DNA from: an uncultured Bacilli bacterium | Lineage (GTDB): Bacteria; Bacillota_I; Bacilli_A; RF39; UBA660 | Length of the DNA: 64,000 nt | NCBI GenBank assembly: GCA_934085565.1 | Contig: CAKOHG010000005.1 | Span: 25,509-89,508, forward strand | Direction of reading: 5' to 3' | Shown here: piece after piece, positions 47,703-57,642 of the stretch | Position numbering within the stretch: the stretch's first letter is position 1 | Layout: every line of letters starts with the position of its first letter | Notes under the pieces: generated by a model | What the model saw: the letters and a program-made list of their open reading frames with translations, nothing else | What the model was told of the DNA's origin: nothing | Databases searched by the model: none | Program-made: the position numbers and the translations under genes

Positions 47703-48731
47703 CTATTCTGCTTTTTTTCTTGTTAAAGATAAATCTTCTTCACATCCTCTTTCTGGATTACTATTTCTGTAAATTTCATAGAAAATTTGAGAAGTATTTT
47801 TAAAATTATTTTCAATTTCTTCTAAGGAAACATCTGGGGTAGCTTTAATAGTTTTTAACTGAGAAATATCTGCTTCAATAACACTATATTGTAAGAATTC
47901 TACAAGTAGATTATTAAATTCAGCAAGGAAATAACCTCGATTAGTTGGATCTATTTTTCTTCTTGTGGCAATATCTTTTATTCTTTCATAAGGTGAGACA
48001 ATTCCTTTATCAGTTGCCATTAAATCAGCTATATTTAAAATTAAATCATATCCTGTATATTTATAGTTTTGTAAAAATAGACTAACATCATCAAATTCGG
48101 CAGTTTCATCCCAACTTTCGTTACCATTTTTATCTACGTGAAATCCTTTTAAAGCTTGTTCGTTACTAGCGCATCTGCCACCTTTAACGAAAGAATGTGT
48201 GATAGCAGCTTTTGCTTCTTCATTCCATCCCATGTCTATTAGAGCATCAGCGCCCAAGACAACATGGTTAAAAGAATGGTCAAATTTTCTACCATAATCA
48301 TGAATAAGTCCCAAAGTCCAAGCAGCATTTTCATTTAATCCCTGCATTTGAGCCATTTTTTGACAAGCCTTTCCTGCGTAAAGAACATGACTATACCAAG
48401 AGCTGGTATTTATTTTACCTTCATTAATTGTCTTGGTACCCAATGTATAATATTTTTCTATACATTGATAGGCTAAGTTTAAAAAAGTCTGATCATAAAA
48501 ATCACTTTCTTGGAGCAATCGATAAGCTTCTTTTTCTGTCAAATTTTTTCCAAGTGTTTCTTTAGCAAAATTTTGAATTGTTTTACATAAATTATTTAAA
48601 TTTTCAAAATCGTCATCTTTTACTAATTTTTTAAAAGTTTCTGCTGGAGAATGAATTGATGATACATCATATTTTGAAAATGCTATTTCATTCAAAATTA
48701 CCTTTTTATTTTTAAAGTTTAAATTAGCCAT
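47703..48731 (-). CDS. HD-domain phosphohydrolase
   Basis: H..H (SHVLYAG) and the HD pair in GLIHDYGR. 342 aa. RBS AAGAGGTGA. Confidence 0.65.
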   Translation of the reverse strand: MANLNFKNKKVILNEIAFSKYDVSSIHSPAETFKKLVKDDDFENLNNLCKTIQNFAKETLGKNLTEKEAYRLLQESDFYDQTFLNLAYQCIEKYYTLGTKTINEGKINTSSWYSHVLYAGKACQKMAQMQGLNENAAWTLGLIHDYGRKFDHSFNHVVLGADALIDMGWNEEAKAAITHSFVKGGRCASNEQALKGFHVDKNGNESWDETAEFDDVSLFLQNYKYTGYDLILNIADLMATDKGIVSPYERIKDIATRRKIDPTNRGYFLAEFNNLLVEFLQYSVIEADISQLKTIKATPDVSLEEIENNFKNTSQIFYEIYRNSNPERGCEEDLSLTRKKAE

Positions 48732-49112
48732 ATTTTTTTCACCTCTTTAATTTCATATTATAACATAAAAATAATGTAATACAATTTTTTGGAAATTTTA
48801 TTCGACAAAACTTGTCAAAACCTTCTATTGCAAAAGCGGATAAATGAAGTTAGTATATTAGGCGTCAAGCAAGAAATGAACTTGTTTGATAGTGAATTTC
48901 CAAATTCCGGCATCGCAAATGTCATAACTACTACCCCAAACAACTTTACACTATTATGTCTAAAAAGATATACAACACTTTCTTTTAATTTATAAATAAT
49001 GGAAATTCACGAAAGAGTGGCTATCAAAGGCTGCTCTTTTTCGTTGACAAGATAAAATCTAAATGATAATCTAAAAGTGAAAATAATCGTCTATATGAAA
49101 AGAGGTATTCTC

Positions 49113-50696
49113 GTGAAGAAAAAAGAATTTTTAAGGGAGTTAAAAAAAGAATTAATAGGCATTGATGAAGAAGACAAAGAAGATATTATTAAAGAATATA
49201 ATGATTACATTGATGAAAAAATAGGTAATGGTATGACCGAAGAAGAGGCAGTATTATTTTTTGGAGATGCCAAAGAACTTGCTAAAGAACTTTATAAAAC
49301 CTATAAGCCTAAAAATGAAGTTCCTAAAAACACGTTAGAAGATTTTTCAGAACATCTACTTTCTTACATTCAAAATATTAGTCAAGATTTAAGTAACAGA
49401 TCTTTTAAAGAAATCGTTTATTTAATTATCGAAATTTTACTTTTTTTATTAGTTATTTCTTTAGGACACATTCCTTTTTCATTACTTATTAATTTAGGCA
49501 AAAATATCTTTTATATTTTATCAAGTCCTTTTAACCGTATTTTTTATTATGTTTGGAAATTTATTTTAGAATTATCTTACGTCTTAATGGCTTTTTATAT
49601 TTTTAAAACGGCATTAGATAAAAAGTTTTTCCAAAAAGAAATATCTTTTGATAAAAAAAATAATACCATCTCTCCTCATGGTGAAACTATTATTAAGTTA
49701 TTTAGTTATCTTTTAAAATTTGGAGCCATTATTATGCTTTTTGCTCTTAGTATTTATTTAATTTTGATGGTTTTTGTTTTAGCACTTTCATTTTATTTAC
49801 TTATTCACCAAGTTTATTATATTGGTTTATATTTGATTATCTTTTCTTTATTCTTATTTGGTTTTTTATTTTTTATGATTTTATATAATTTTGTAGCGAG
49901 TCGTAAAGGCTATGCCAAGATGTTTTTAATAAGTTTTGTTGGTACGATTCTTCTTTTAGGTTTAGGTTGTCTTTTAGCTTTAGATGAACTTTCTAAAACA
50001 GAATTTATAAGTGGGGTACCAAGTGATTTAAAACTAGAAACGTTAACAGAAGAACTTATTATGAATAAAGATACCGTTTTTATAGGCAATATTGCTAACT
50101 ACAATATCGACAATGATTTAGATACTATTAAAGTCACTTACGAATATTATCCTCTTAGTAATGCGATGAAAACTGATATTGTCAAAAAAGATAATCTTGT
50201 TTATTTAAATTATACTTTAGAAAAAATTAATATAAGAACGGATATTTTAGGACATATGATTAAAGATTTAAAAGAAAAGAAAGTATATGATTATAAACTA
50301 GAACCCACTATTACGGTGACCGCTAATGAAAAAAACATTGCAATGATTAAAAAGAATCGTCAAAAATATTATCAAAATAAAACCAATTATTCTAGTTGTG
50401 AATTTATAAGAACTTATAAGATTTTGAATAGTGTTTTAAGTAGTGATAGTGATTATATCTATTTAACTTTACAAAGTTTTTTAAGTGATGATGTTCAAAC
50501 GGTTAAAGTAAAAAAAGCTCTTTTAAACGAAGTCTCTATTGGCGATAATTATGAGTTTACTTTTAAAACATACCAATCTTATATTGATACCTCTATCGAA
50601 AATTTATTTACAGAAAATGAAGTTGTCAAAATCGTAAAAACCGACAAAGAAGGAATGAATCAAATAGAAGAAGATAGTTGTTCTAACTTTTATTAA
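49113..50696 (+). CDS. DUF1700-domain membrane protein with a large C-terminal extracytoplasmic domain
   Basis: N-terminal [59 protein letters not shown] matches DUF1700. Five TM helices, then about 240 aa of beta-rich domain. A GTG start at 49113 behind AAAGAGG is preferred. Confidence 0.55.
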   Translation: MKKKEFLRELKKELIGIDEEDKEDIIKEYNDYIDEKIGNGMTEEEAVLFFGDAKELAKELYKTYKPKNEVPKNTLEDFSEHLLSYIQNISQDLSNRSFKEIVYLIIEILLFLLVISLGHIPFSLLINLGKNIFYILSSPFNRIFYYVWKFILELSYVLMAFYIFKTALDKKFFQKEISFDKKNNTISPHGETIIKLFSYLLKFGAIIMLFALSIYLILMVFVLALSFYLLIHQVYYIGLYLIIFSLFLFGFLFFMILYNFVASRKGYAKMFLISFVGTILLLGLGCLLALDELSKTEFISGVPSDLKLETLTEELIMNKDTVFIGNIANYNIDNDLDTIKVTYEYYPLSNAMKTDIVKKDNLVYLNYTLEKINIRTDILGHMIKDLKEKKVYDYKLEPTITVTANEKNIAMIKKNRQKYYQNKTNYSSCEFIRTYKILNSVLSSDSDYIYLTLQSFLSDDVQTVKVKKALLNEVSIGDNYEFTFKTYQSYIDTSIENLFTENEVVKIVKTDKEGMNQIEEDSCSNFY

Positions 50697-50781
50697 TAAG
50701 TTTCGTTTATTTAACGATTCTTTTTTTGTTTTGGTGAATTTTTTTCCTTTTTGTGATATCCTTATAAAGAGGATGGTAATT

Positions 50782-51720
50782 ATGGAACAATTAAACACAG
50801 AAGTCAGTATGTTAGAAAGATACGGCGAAAATTTAACACAAAAAAAATATATTACAGACCCTGCCATTGCGCGTGATGATGAAATAAAACAATGTATATT
50901 AACACTTTTAACTCCTGAAAAAAGTGCTCTTTTAGTAGGTAAGCCTGGTATTGGTAAAACAGCAATAGTAGAAGGACTTGCTTATCGTATTCAAAATAAT
51001 TTGGTTCCCGATGCTTTAAAAGGCTGGGAAATTATTAAAGTAAATATTACTTCATTACTTGGCTCTGTGGTGAGTGATGGGCAAACAGAAAATAGAATTG
51101 ATTTATTAGTAAAAGAATTAAATCAAAAAGAAAAGACCATACTATTTATTGATGAAACACATGTTTTGGTTAATAAAAATGCTTCGGCAAATGGTGGTAT
51201 CGATTTTGCTAATATGTTAAAAGCAGGTCTTGATAGAGGAACCATTAAAATGATTGGAGCAACGACCACCGAAGAATATGAAGCCTATATTTTAAGGGAT
51301 AGGGCATTTTTAAGAAGATTTCAAAAAATAGACGTTTTAGAAACTTCTAAAGAAAACACTGTCAAAATTTTAATGGGAACAGTTTATAAATTAGAAACCC
51401 AAATGGGTGTCAAACTTCTTTATAGTGATTTTATTAAAGAAAAAATAATGTGGTTTATCGTTGAAATGACTGACGAATATAAAAGAGTTTATGAAGTGGC
51501 TTCTAGGTATCCGGATATATGTTTGACGATTTTATCAAATGCTTTTACTTATGCTTTATATGATAATGAAAACACAGTTAAGATAAAACATATTTATAAG
51601 GCTATTTGCAACGCTAAAAACATTTATGATGACGTCAAAGTAAAAGAAATTGCCCGTTTTAAAGAGGAATTTAAAGATTTAATCGTAGAAGAAAATGTTG
51701 ATTTAAATGAAAGAGGTTGA
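50782..51720 (+). CDS. standalone Clp/Hsp100 D1-like AAA+ ATPase (no N-domain, M-domain or D2)
   Basis: [25 protein letters not shown], Walker [16 protein letters not shown], Walker B ILFIDETH, sensor [13 protein letters not shown]. Collinear with ClpB/ClpA D1 only. 312 aa. Confidence 0.65.
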   Translation: MEQLNTEVSMLERYGENLTQKKYITDPAIARDDEIKQCILTLLTPEKSALLVGKPGIGKTAIVEGLAYRIQNNLVPDALKGWEIIKVNITSLLGSVVSDGQTENRIDLLVKELNQKEKTILFIDETHVLVNKNASANGGIDFANMLKAGLDRGTIKMIGATTTEEYEAYILRDRAFLRRFQKIDVLETSKENTVKILMGTVYKLETQMGVKLLYSDFIKEKIMWFIVEMTDEYKRVYEVASRYPDICLTILSNAFTYALYDNENTVKIKHIYKAICNAKNIYDDVKVKEIARFKEEFKDLIVEENVDLNERG

Positions 51721-51723
51721 AAA

Positions 51724-52785
51724 ATGGAAAAATTTAAAATAGTTCAAATTGGCTGTGGCAAAATGAGTAAATATATCATGCGTTACGTGTATGAAAAAGG
51801 TGGAATAATTGTCGGAGCAGTCGATAAAAATAAAGATTTAATTGGTAAAGATATTGGTTTTGTCATGGAAAAAGAAGATAAAAATATTTTTATTAATGAT
51901 GCGAAAGACTTAGATAAAATCTTGAAAGAAACTCACCCGGATGTAGCCATTATTACAACAATGAGCTTTTTAAATGATATTGAAGATTCTATTAGAACTT
52001 GTGTTAAAAATGGTGTAAACGTTTTAACAACTTGTGAAGAAGCTTTTTATCCTGAAAATTCTAATCCAAACCTTTATCAAGAATTAGATTCTCTTGCCAA
52101 AGCTTTTAATGTCACGATTGCGGGATGTGGTTATCAAGATATTTTCTGGTGCAATATGATTAGCAATATTTGTGCTTCCACATCTAAAATCACAAAAATT
52201 AAAGGGATAAGTTCTTATAACGTCGAAGATTATGGCGTTGCTCTTGCTAAAGCTCATGGAGCAGGCTTAACAGAAAGTGAATTTATAAAACAAATTGGTA
52301 GTATGAATCATATGGATAAAAAGACACTTCAAGACCTTATTGACGCGCGAGCTTTTTTTCCAAGTTATATGTGGAATGTAATGGGAGCTTTATGTGATAA
52401 ACTTCATCTTCACATTACTGATATTTCTCAAGAGTTAGTGCCTGTTTTAACGGATGAAGAATTAACAAGTAATACGCTTAATATGACTTTGAAAAAAGGT
52501 GACGTAAGAGGAATGAATGCTTGTGTTAAAGCAAGTACCAAAGAAAATATTCTTTTAGAGATTATGTGTATTGGCAAAGTTTACAATGAAGATGAAAAAG
52601 ATATCAACGACTGGACTATCTTCGGAGAACCTACTACGAGAACAGTAAATGAAGAACCTAATACAGTGATGCTTACTTGTGCAGATGTCGTAAACCGTAT
52701 ACCAGATGTCTATCATATGTCAAGTGGCTTTGTTCCTATTAGTAAGTATCCTGAACCACGTTTTTTAATGTCATTGCAAAAATAG
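51724..52785 (+). CDS. DapB-like NAD(P)-binding oxidoreductase (dihydrodipicolinate reductase / 2,4-diaminopentanoate dehydrogenase family)
   Basis: N-terminal FKIVQIGCGKMSKYIMRYV Rossmann fold. Length and layout match the DapB-like amine dehydrogenase family. Begins 4 nt after the AAA+ gene. Confidence 0.5.
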   Translation: MEKFKIVQIGCGKMSKYIMRYVYEKGGIIVGAVDKNKDLIGKDIGFVMEKEDKNIFINDAKDLDKILKETHPDVAIITTMSFLNDIEDSIRTCVKNGVNVLTTCEEAFYPENSNPNLYQELDSLAKAFNVTIAGCGYQDIFWCNMISNICASTSKITKIKGISSYNVEDYGVALAKAHGAGLTESEFIKQIGSMNHMDKKTLQDLIDARAFFPSYMWNVMGALCDKLHLHITDISQELVPVLTDEELTSNTLNMTLKKGDVRGMNACVKASTKENILLEIMCIGKVYNEDEKDINDWTIFGEPTTRTVNEEPNTVMLTCADVVNRIPDVYHMSSGFVPISKYPEPRFLMSLQK

Positions 52786-52797
52786 AAGAGGTGTTTT

Positions 52798-54231
52798 ATG
52801 CCTGAAAAGTTAAGAGATAAAAAAATTTTGTATGGTTTATTGCTTTTCTTTTTTCTGGTAGTGATTCCTTTAGTAAGCTATGCTTTATTAAAAGATAAAT
52901 TTAAAGTAAAAGAATTTAAAGACGTTGTCGAAGTAAATTACCAAAGTGATTTTAAAGAGGCAAGTGGAGAAGTTTGTTATGGTAATTTCTTTAATTGTAA
53001 TGAGGTAACTGTTTCATCGGATGGAGAAGTAGACACGAGTAAAATTGGAGAATATACCCTTAAATATACTTATGAATTTGAAGGGCAAAAATTTTTTAAA
53101 GAGCAAAAAGTTGAAGTAAAAGATTTAGAAGCTCCTCATATCACGTTGGAAGATGAAAATATTACGGTTTGTCCTAACGGAAAACTTCGTCAATATAATG
53201 TCAAGGCAGAAGATAATTATGACAAAGATGTGGAAGATGAAATAACGACCAAATATCAAAATGGCAAAGTTATTTTTGAAGTGACCGATAATTCTGGTAA
53301 TAAGGCTACCTTAGAAAAAGAAGCTCCTTTAAAAGATGAAGATAAACCTGTAATAACTTTAAAAGGTGACAACGTTGTTTCTATCAAAGTCGGAGATAAA
53401 TATGAAGAATTAGGAGCCACTGCCACCGATGAATGTGATGGTGATTTAACAGATAAAATAACCGTTGAATCTAAAGTGGATATTAGTACTCCAGGAGAAT
53501 ATGAAGTGTCTTATAAAGTGATGGATAGTAGCCAAAATGAGGCAAGCATAAAAAGAAAAGTGTATGTTTATAAGCAAAATAATCCATCCGCACCAGCTGG
53601 TAAAAGTATTTATTTAACTTTTGATGATGGACCAAGTTATTATACAAGTAAATTATTAGACGTTTTAAAAAAGTATAATGTAAAAGCTACTTTTTTTGTA
53701 ACCAGTCAAGGCTTAACCAGTGGTTATGATGATGTGATTTTAAGAGAATATAAAGAAGGTCATACGGTAGGTCTTCATTCTTATTCTCATAATTATAATA
53801 TTTATACCAGTGAAAATACTTATTTTAATGATTTATATGCAATTCAAAATAAGGTAAAGAAAATAACAGGTTATACTACAAATATTATTCGTTTTCCAGG
53901 AGGAAGTTCTAATACTATAAGTAAAAGTTATGATGGAGGAACCCATATCATGAGTACTTTAACGAAAGCCGTTGAAGCCAAAGGATTTCGTTACTTTGAT
54001 TGGAATGTAGTTTCGGGTGACGCTGGCGAAACGACTAACACAGCAACTGTAATTTCCAATGTAATAAGTGCCCTAGGCAATAATAGTACTTATATGATTT
54101 TACAACATGATATTAAAGGTTTTAGTGTAGATGCTGTAGAAAGTATCATTGAATTTGGACTTTCCCATGGTTATACTTTTCGAGCTATCACGAGTGATAC
54201 TCCAACAGTTCACCACCATGTTAATAATTAA
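52798..54231 (+). CDS. polysaccharide deacetylase (NodB/PgdA family) with N-terminal TM and Ig-like repeats
   Basis: YLTFDDGP motif 1, H-x-x-x-H (LHSYSHNY), and further NodB motifs downstream. Confidence 0.8.
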   Translation: MPEKLRDKKILYGLLLFFFLVVIPLVSYALLKDKFKVKEFKDVVEVNYQSDFKEASGEVCYGNFFNCNEVTVSSDGEVDTSKIGEYTLKYTYEFEGQKFFKEQKVEVKDLEAPHITLEDENITVCPNGKLRQYNVKAEDNYDKDVEDEITTKYQNGKVIFEVTDNSGNKATLEKEAPLKDEDKPVITLKGDNVVSIKVGDKYEELGATATDECDGDLTDKITVESKVDISTPGEYEVSYKVMDSSQNEASIKRKVYVYKQNNPSAPAGKSIYLTFDDGPSYYTSKLLDVLKKYNVKATFFVTSQGLTSGYDDVILREYKEGHTVGLHSYSHNYNIYTSENTYFNDLYAIQNKVKKITGYTTNIIRFPGGSSNTISKSYDGGTHIMSTLTKAVEAKGFRYFDWNVVSGDAGETTNTATVISNVISALGNNSTYMILQHDIKGFSVDAVESIIEFGLSHGYTFRAITSDTPTVHHHVNN

Positions 54232-54303
54232 AAAAAAAGGCATAAAAGCTTTTCTTTTTTTTACAAAAAATGGAAAATGTTGTTCTTTTCTTCTAAAAAA
54301 AAG

Positions 54304-54311
54304 TGTATAAT
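54304..54311 (+). promoter_or_regulatory. extended -10 promoter TGTATAAT for the hemolysin III gene
   Basis: Read directly, 20 nt upstream of the ATG at 54331. Confidence 0.4.
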
Positions 54312-54330
54312 TTCTTCTGGAGTGATGTCT

Positions 54331-55008
54331 ATGAAAGAAAGATATTTTCTAAAAGAAGAAGTTAGTAAAATTAAAATTCCTAATTATAGTTTAAGTGAAG
54401 AAATTATCAATTCGTTATCTCATGGTCTTGCCGCTGCTTTTAGTATTGCTGGCCTTATTTTAATGATTGTTAAAGCTAGTCATGAAAGTGTGTTAAATTT
54501 AGTTTCGGTAACTATTTTTGGTACCACAATGATTATTTTATATACCATTAGTTGTATTTATCATGCTTTATCTCCCCATATTATGGGCAAGAAAATTTTA
54601 AGAGTTATAGATCACATCAACGTCTTTTTACTTGTTTTAGGAACTATTATTCCGGTGGCATTAATAGGTATCGGTGGTATCAAAGGCTATATTTTCTTTG
54701 GTATTGTTGCCCTTGTTACTTTAGTGGGTATTTTTGCTTCTAGTGTAAATATTGATAAAGTTCAGTGGATAGAGGTCATGTGTCATTTAATTAATGGTTG
54801 GAGTGTTTTGTTTTTTGCCAAACCATTAATAGCCAATATTGGTTTTATGCCTGTTTTATTAATCATCTTAGGTGGTGTTATGTATTCTTTGGGAGCCATA
54901 CTATATGGAGTTGGTTCTAAAAAGAAATATATTCATTGTGTGTTTCATTTCTTTTGTATTTTTGGAACTATATTTCATTTTATAGCTATTTATGGCTATC
55001 TCATTTAA
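54331..55008 (+). CDS. hemolysin III / PAQR-family membrane protein
   Basis: Seven TM helices. SHGLAA..H and H..H motifs typical of Hly-III/YqfA. Confidence 0.8.
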   Translation: MKERYFLKEEVSKIKIPNYSLSEEIINSLSHGLAAAFSIAGLILMIVKASHESVLNLVSVTIFGTTMIILYTISCIYHALSPHIMGKKILRVIDHINVFLLVLGTIIPVALIGIGGIKGYIFFGIVALVTLVGIFASSVNIDKVQWIEVMCHLINGWSVLFFAKPLIANIGFMPVLLIILGGVMYSLGAILYGVGSKKKYIHCVFHFFCIFGTIFHFIAIYGYLI

Positions 55009-56126
55009 ACAAGTGGATTTTTAACGTTTAGAATTAATTTGTTATCTTGACTGACTTGATAAATAACATCGTTTTTAAGTTTATTAGAAACGGTTTTATT
55101 TTTGTTTAAAACAAGAATTTCATCATCTAACATCGCGGCATTTTTGATGTTAGTAATTTTAAATAAAATATTACGTTTTATTTCTTTTAACAATGTGTAA
55201 AACCCTTCGATATCATAGCAAATAGGATTAGAGTTGTTTCCAAAAAAATAATTGATAAAATGAACAAGAGTGTTATTTTCTTTATATAAATAACGAATTA
55301 AATTTCTTTCTATAATTGAAAAATTATAACCTTTATTTTGTAAAATGTCTTCTTGCCATTTATTTATATCAGTTTGCAAAAATTCTTGAATTATGTTATT
55401 CGTAGCTTCTTCAATTTTTATATTAATTTTTTCTTTAGATAATTTCTTGTTTTTATTTTCGTTTTTAATTTGATTTTCTATTTGTTTTGTTTTGGCATAA
55501 AGATAATCTTGCATTAAAGGAGATAATAATGCTTCACAATTATCTTTTTTTATTTCTGAAAAAATAAGTACCTCACGAGATTCGCTGGCAAAATTTGAAA
55601 ATCCTTTTACGTTAATTTTGGTTCTTCCTTTTTCATAATCTATGATTTTAAAAACTTCTGGCCAAGTCAAATCGAGACCTTTAGCATCTTTGGCAATGTA
55701 TAAGGGTAAAACATCTTTACTATCTACTAAAGATTGTAGGGCATTTGCGCGAGATAAGTTGACATAGCTTCCTCGTCTTACTAAATTTTGTTTTTCTTTA
55801 GCAAAATCGTAATAGCAATCATCCGGAATATTTAAAACAACTATATTTTTTCTTTTCATATATTGATTATATTTTCCTGCTTGGATGATGGCATATTCTT
55901 TGGCTACATAATTAAAGCTTTTAGAAGTAGAAATCCACATAGAATTTTGAGCGTTGCTAATAATGTGTTTAATGACATAATAAGATGGGGCAATACAGTG
56001 ATTTCTAGCAATAATATCTATGATGGAAGCATGGTTTTTATCATTTTGTCTCAATTGACATAAAATATCCTCATGGTTAAGATAATTTTTATCATCATCT
56101 TTGTTTAAAGCTCTGTATAAATACAT
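55005..56126 (-). CDS. hypothetical cytoplasmic protein with an N-terminal cholera-toxin-like ADP-ribosyltransferase signature (speculative)
   Basis: LYRAL at residues 3-7 (cf. CT/LT LYRAD), WISTS at 64-68 (cf. YVSTS), and a candidate catalytic Glu in ESREVLIF. No signal peptide. RBS AAGAGGA. Confidence 0.45.
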   Translation of the reverse strand: MYLYRALNKDDDKNYLNHEDILCQLRQNDKNHASIIDIIARNHCIAPSYYVIKHIISNAQNSMWISTSKSFNYVAKEYAIIQAGKYNQYMKRKNIVVLNIPDDCYYDFAKEKQNLVRRGSYVNLSRANALQSLVDSKDVLPLYIAKDAKGLDLTWPEVFKIIDYEKGRTKINVKGFSNFASESREVLIFSEIKKDNCEALLSPLMQDYLYAKTKQIENQIKNENKNKKLSKEKINIKIEEATNNIIQEFLQTDINKWQEDILQNKGYNFSIIERNLIRYLYKENNTLVHFINYFFGNNSNPICYDIEGFYTLLKEIKRNILFKITNIKNAAMLDDEILVLNKNKTVSNKLKNDVIYQVSQDNKLILNVKNPLV

Positions 56127-56219
56127 AATATTTCCTCTTTTCAAATTTTAAATATTATATATAGCTGTTATTTTGATGTCAATTAAAAAAATTTTGTTCA
56201 TAGCTAAATTAAAATCTTT

Positions 56220-56229
56220 ATGTTACAAT
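56220..56229 (+). promoter_or_regulatory. extended -10 promoter TGTTACAAT upstream of the DUF2130 gene
   Basis: Read directly, about 27 nt before the ATG. Confidence 0.35.
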
Positions 56230-56255
56230 AGCTAAGAAAAGAAAGGAAGCTTAAT

Positions 56256-57578
56256 ATGAATAAAATTGTTTGTCCACATTGTCATAATACTTTTGAAATT
56301 GATAATCAAGATTATGCCTCTATTTTAAATCAAGTAAGAGATAAAGAATTTGAAAAACAAGTAAAACTAAATGATGAAAGAAAAGAAAAAGAAAAACAGG
56401 ATGCTTTAGAACTTCTAAAAATAAAAATGGATAATGAAAAAGCAATCACTTTAAAAGCTAAAGAGGAAGAGATAAATAAATTACAAGCCACTTTAAAAAA
56501 TCAAGAACAAGAAAGAGAAGCTAAAATAGCTCAAATAAAATTAGAAGAGCAAACAAGCGCCTTAGAAAAGACGAGTAAATTAAAGTTAAAGATTGCTGAA
56601 TTAGAGCAAGAAATAAAATTACAAAATATGCAAAAAGAAAAAGCTTTAGATAAAATGACTTCTCAAAAAGATGAGGAAATTAGTTCTTTAAAAAATACTA
56701 TTTTATTAAACCAAAAAGAATATTCTTTAAAAGAGGCTAATATGAAACAGTCTTTTGAACAAGAAATAAAAAGTAAAAATGATATCATTGAATATTATAA
56801 AGATTTAAAGGCAAGACAATCAACCAAAATGATTGGGGAAACTTTAGAGCAACATTGTAATGCTGAATTTAGTAGAATTAGACCTATTTTAAGTAAAAAT
56901 ACTTATTTTGAAAAAGATAATGATATTAAAACAGGTTCTAAAGGAGACTTTATTTTTAGGGAATATGATGAGGACGAGAACGAACTTTTATCTATTATGT
57001 TTGAAATGAAAAATGAAGCCGATGAAACAGCTACGAAACATAAAAATGAAGATTTTTTCAAAGAATTAGATAAAGATAGAAAAGAGAAAAAATGCGAATA
57101 TGCCGTTTTAGTCAGTTTACTTGAAATAGATAATGAAGTATATAATGTCGGCATTGTTGATGTTTCTTATAAATACGATAAAATGTATGTCATAAGACCG
57201 CAATTTTTTATACCTTTAATTACTCTTTTAAGAAATGCCTCTTTAAAATCATTAGAGTATAAAAAAGAAATCACTATTATGAAAAATCAAAATTTAGATA
57301 TTTTACATTTTGAAGAAAATATGAATAAATTTAAAGAAGCTTTTGGCAGAAACTATCAAATTGCTTCTACGAAATTTAAAAAAGCTATTGATGAGATTGA
57401 TAAAACAATCGATCATTTACAAAAAACAAAAGAAGCTTTATTATCGAGTGAAAACAATTTAAGATTAGCTAACAATAAAGCAGAAGATTTAACGATTAAA
57501 AATTTAACAAAAAATAATGAAACGATGAAAAAATTATTTGCTGAGGTAAAAGAAAGAGAAGAAGATATTAAAGAGTGA
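56256..57578 (+). CDS. DUF2130-like protein: N-terminal zinc ribbon, long coiled coil, C-terminal nuclease-like domain
   Basis: CPHCHNTF zinc ribbon. About 200 aa of heptad-rich KEQ sequence. C-terminal GDFIFRE..MFEMKN..EYAVLVS resembles a restriction-endonuclease-like core. Confidence 0.45.
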   Translation: MNKIVCPHCHNTFEIDNQDYASILNQVRDKEFEKQVKLNDERKEKEKQDALELLKIKMDNEKAITLKAKEEEINKLQATLKNQEQEREAKIAQIKLEEQTSALEKTSKLKLKIAELEQEIKLQNMQKEKALDKMTSQKDEEISSLKNTILLNQKEYSLKEANMKQSFEQEIKSKNDIIEYYKDLKARQSTKMIGETLEQHCNAEFSRIRPILSKNTYFEKDNDIKTGSKGDFIFREYDEDENELLSIMFEMKNEADETATKHKNEDFFKELDKDRKEKKCEYAVLVSLLEIDNEVYNVGIVDVSYKYDKMYVIRPQFFIPLITLLRNASLKSLEYKKEITIMKNQNLDILHFEENMNKFKEAFGRNYQIASTKFKKAIDEIDKTIDHLQKTKEALLSSENNLRLANNKAEDLTIKNLTKNNETMKKLFAEVKEREEDIKE

Positions 57579-57642
57579 TAATTTCTTCTTTTATCTCATT
57601 AGTTAATGTGGTATATTAATTCAGTGAAAGAAGGAATTTTAA

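Noticed and set aside
48789-48995. ORF 48789-48995 in the long gap upstream of the DUF1700 gene
   Set aside because: No RBS and no similarity to a PadR or other regulator. Kept only as part of the non-coding-gap observation.
50604-50867. Minus-strand ORF 50604-50867
   Set aside because: It spans the DUF1700 3' end and AAA+ 5' end in antisense, with no start signals.
54552-57154. ORFs 54552-54743 (+), 55863-56063 (+) and 56903-57154 (-)
   Set aside because: Off-frame or antisense inside hemolysin III, the ART-like gene and DUF2130 respectively.
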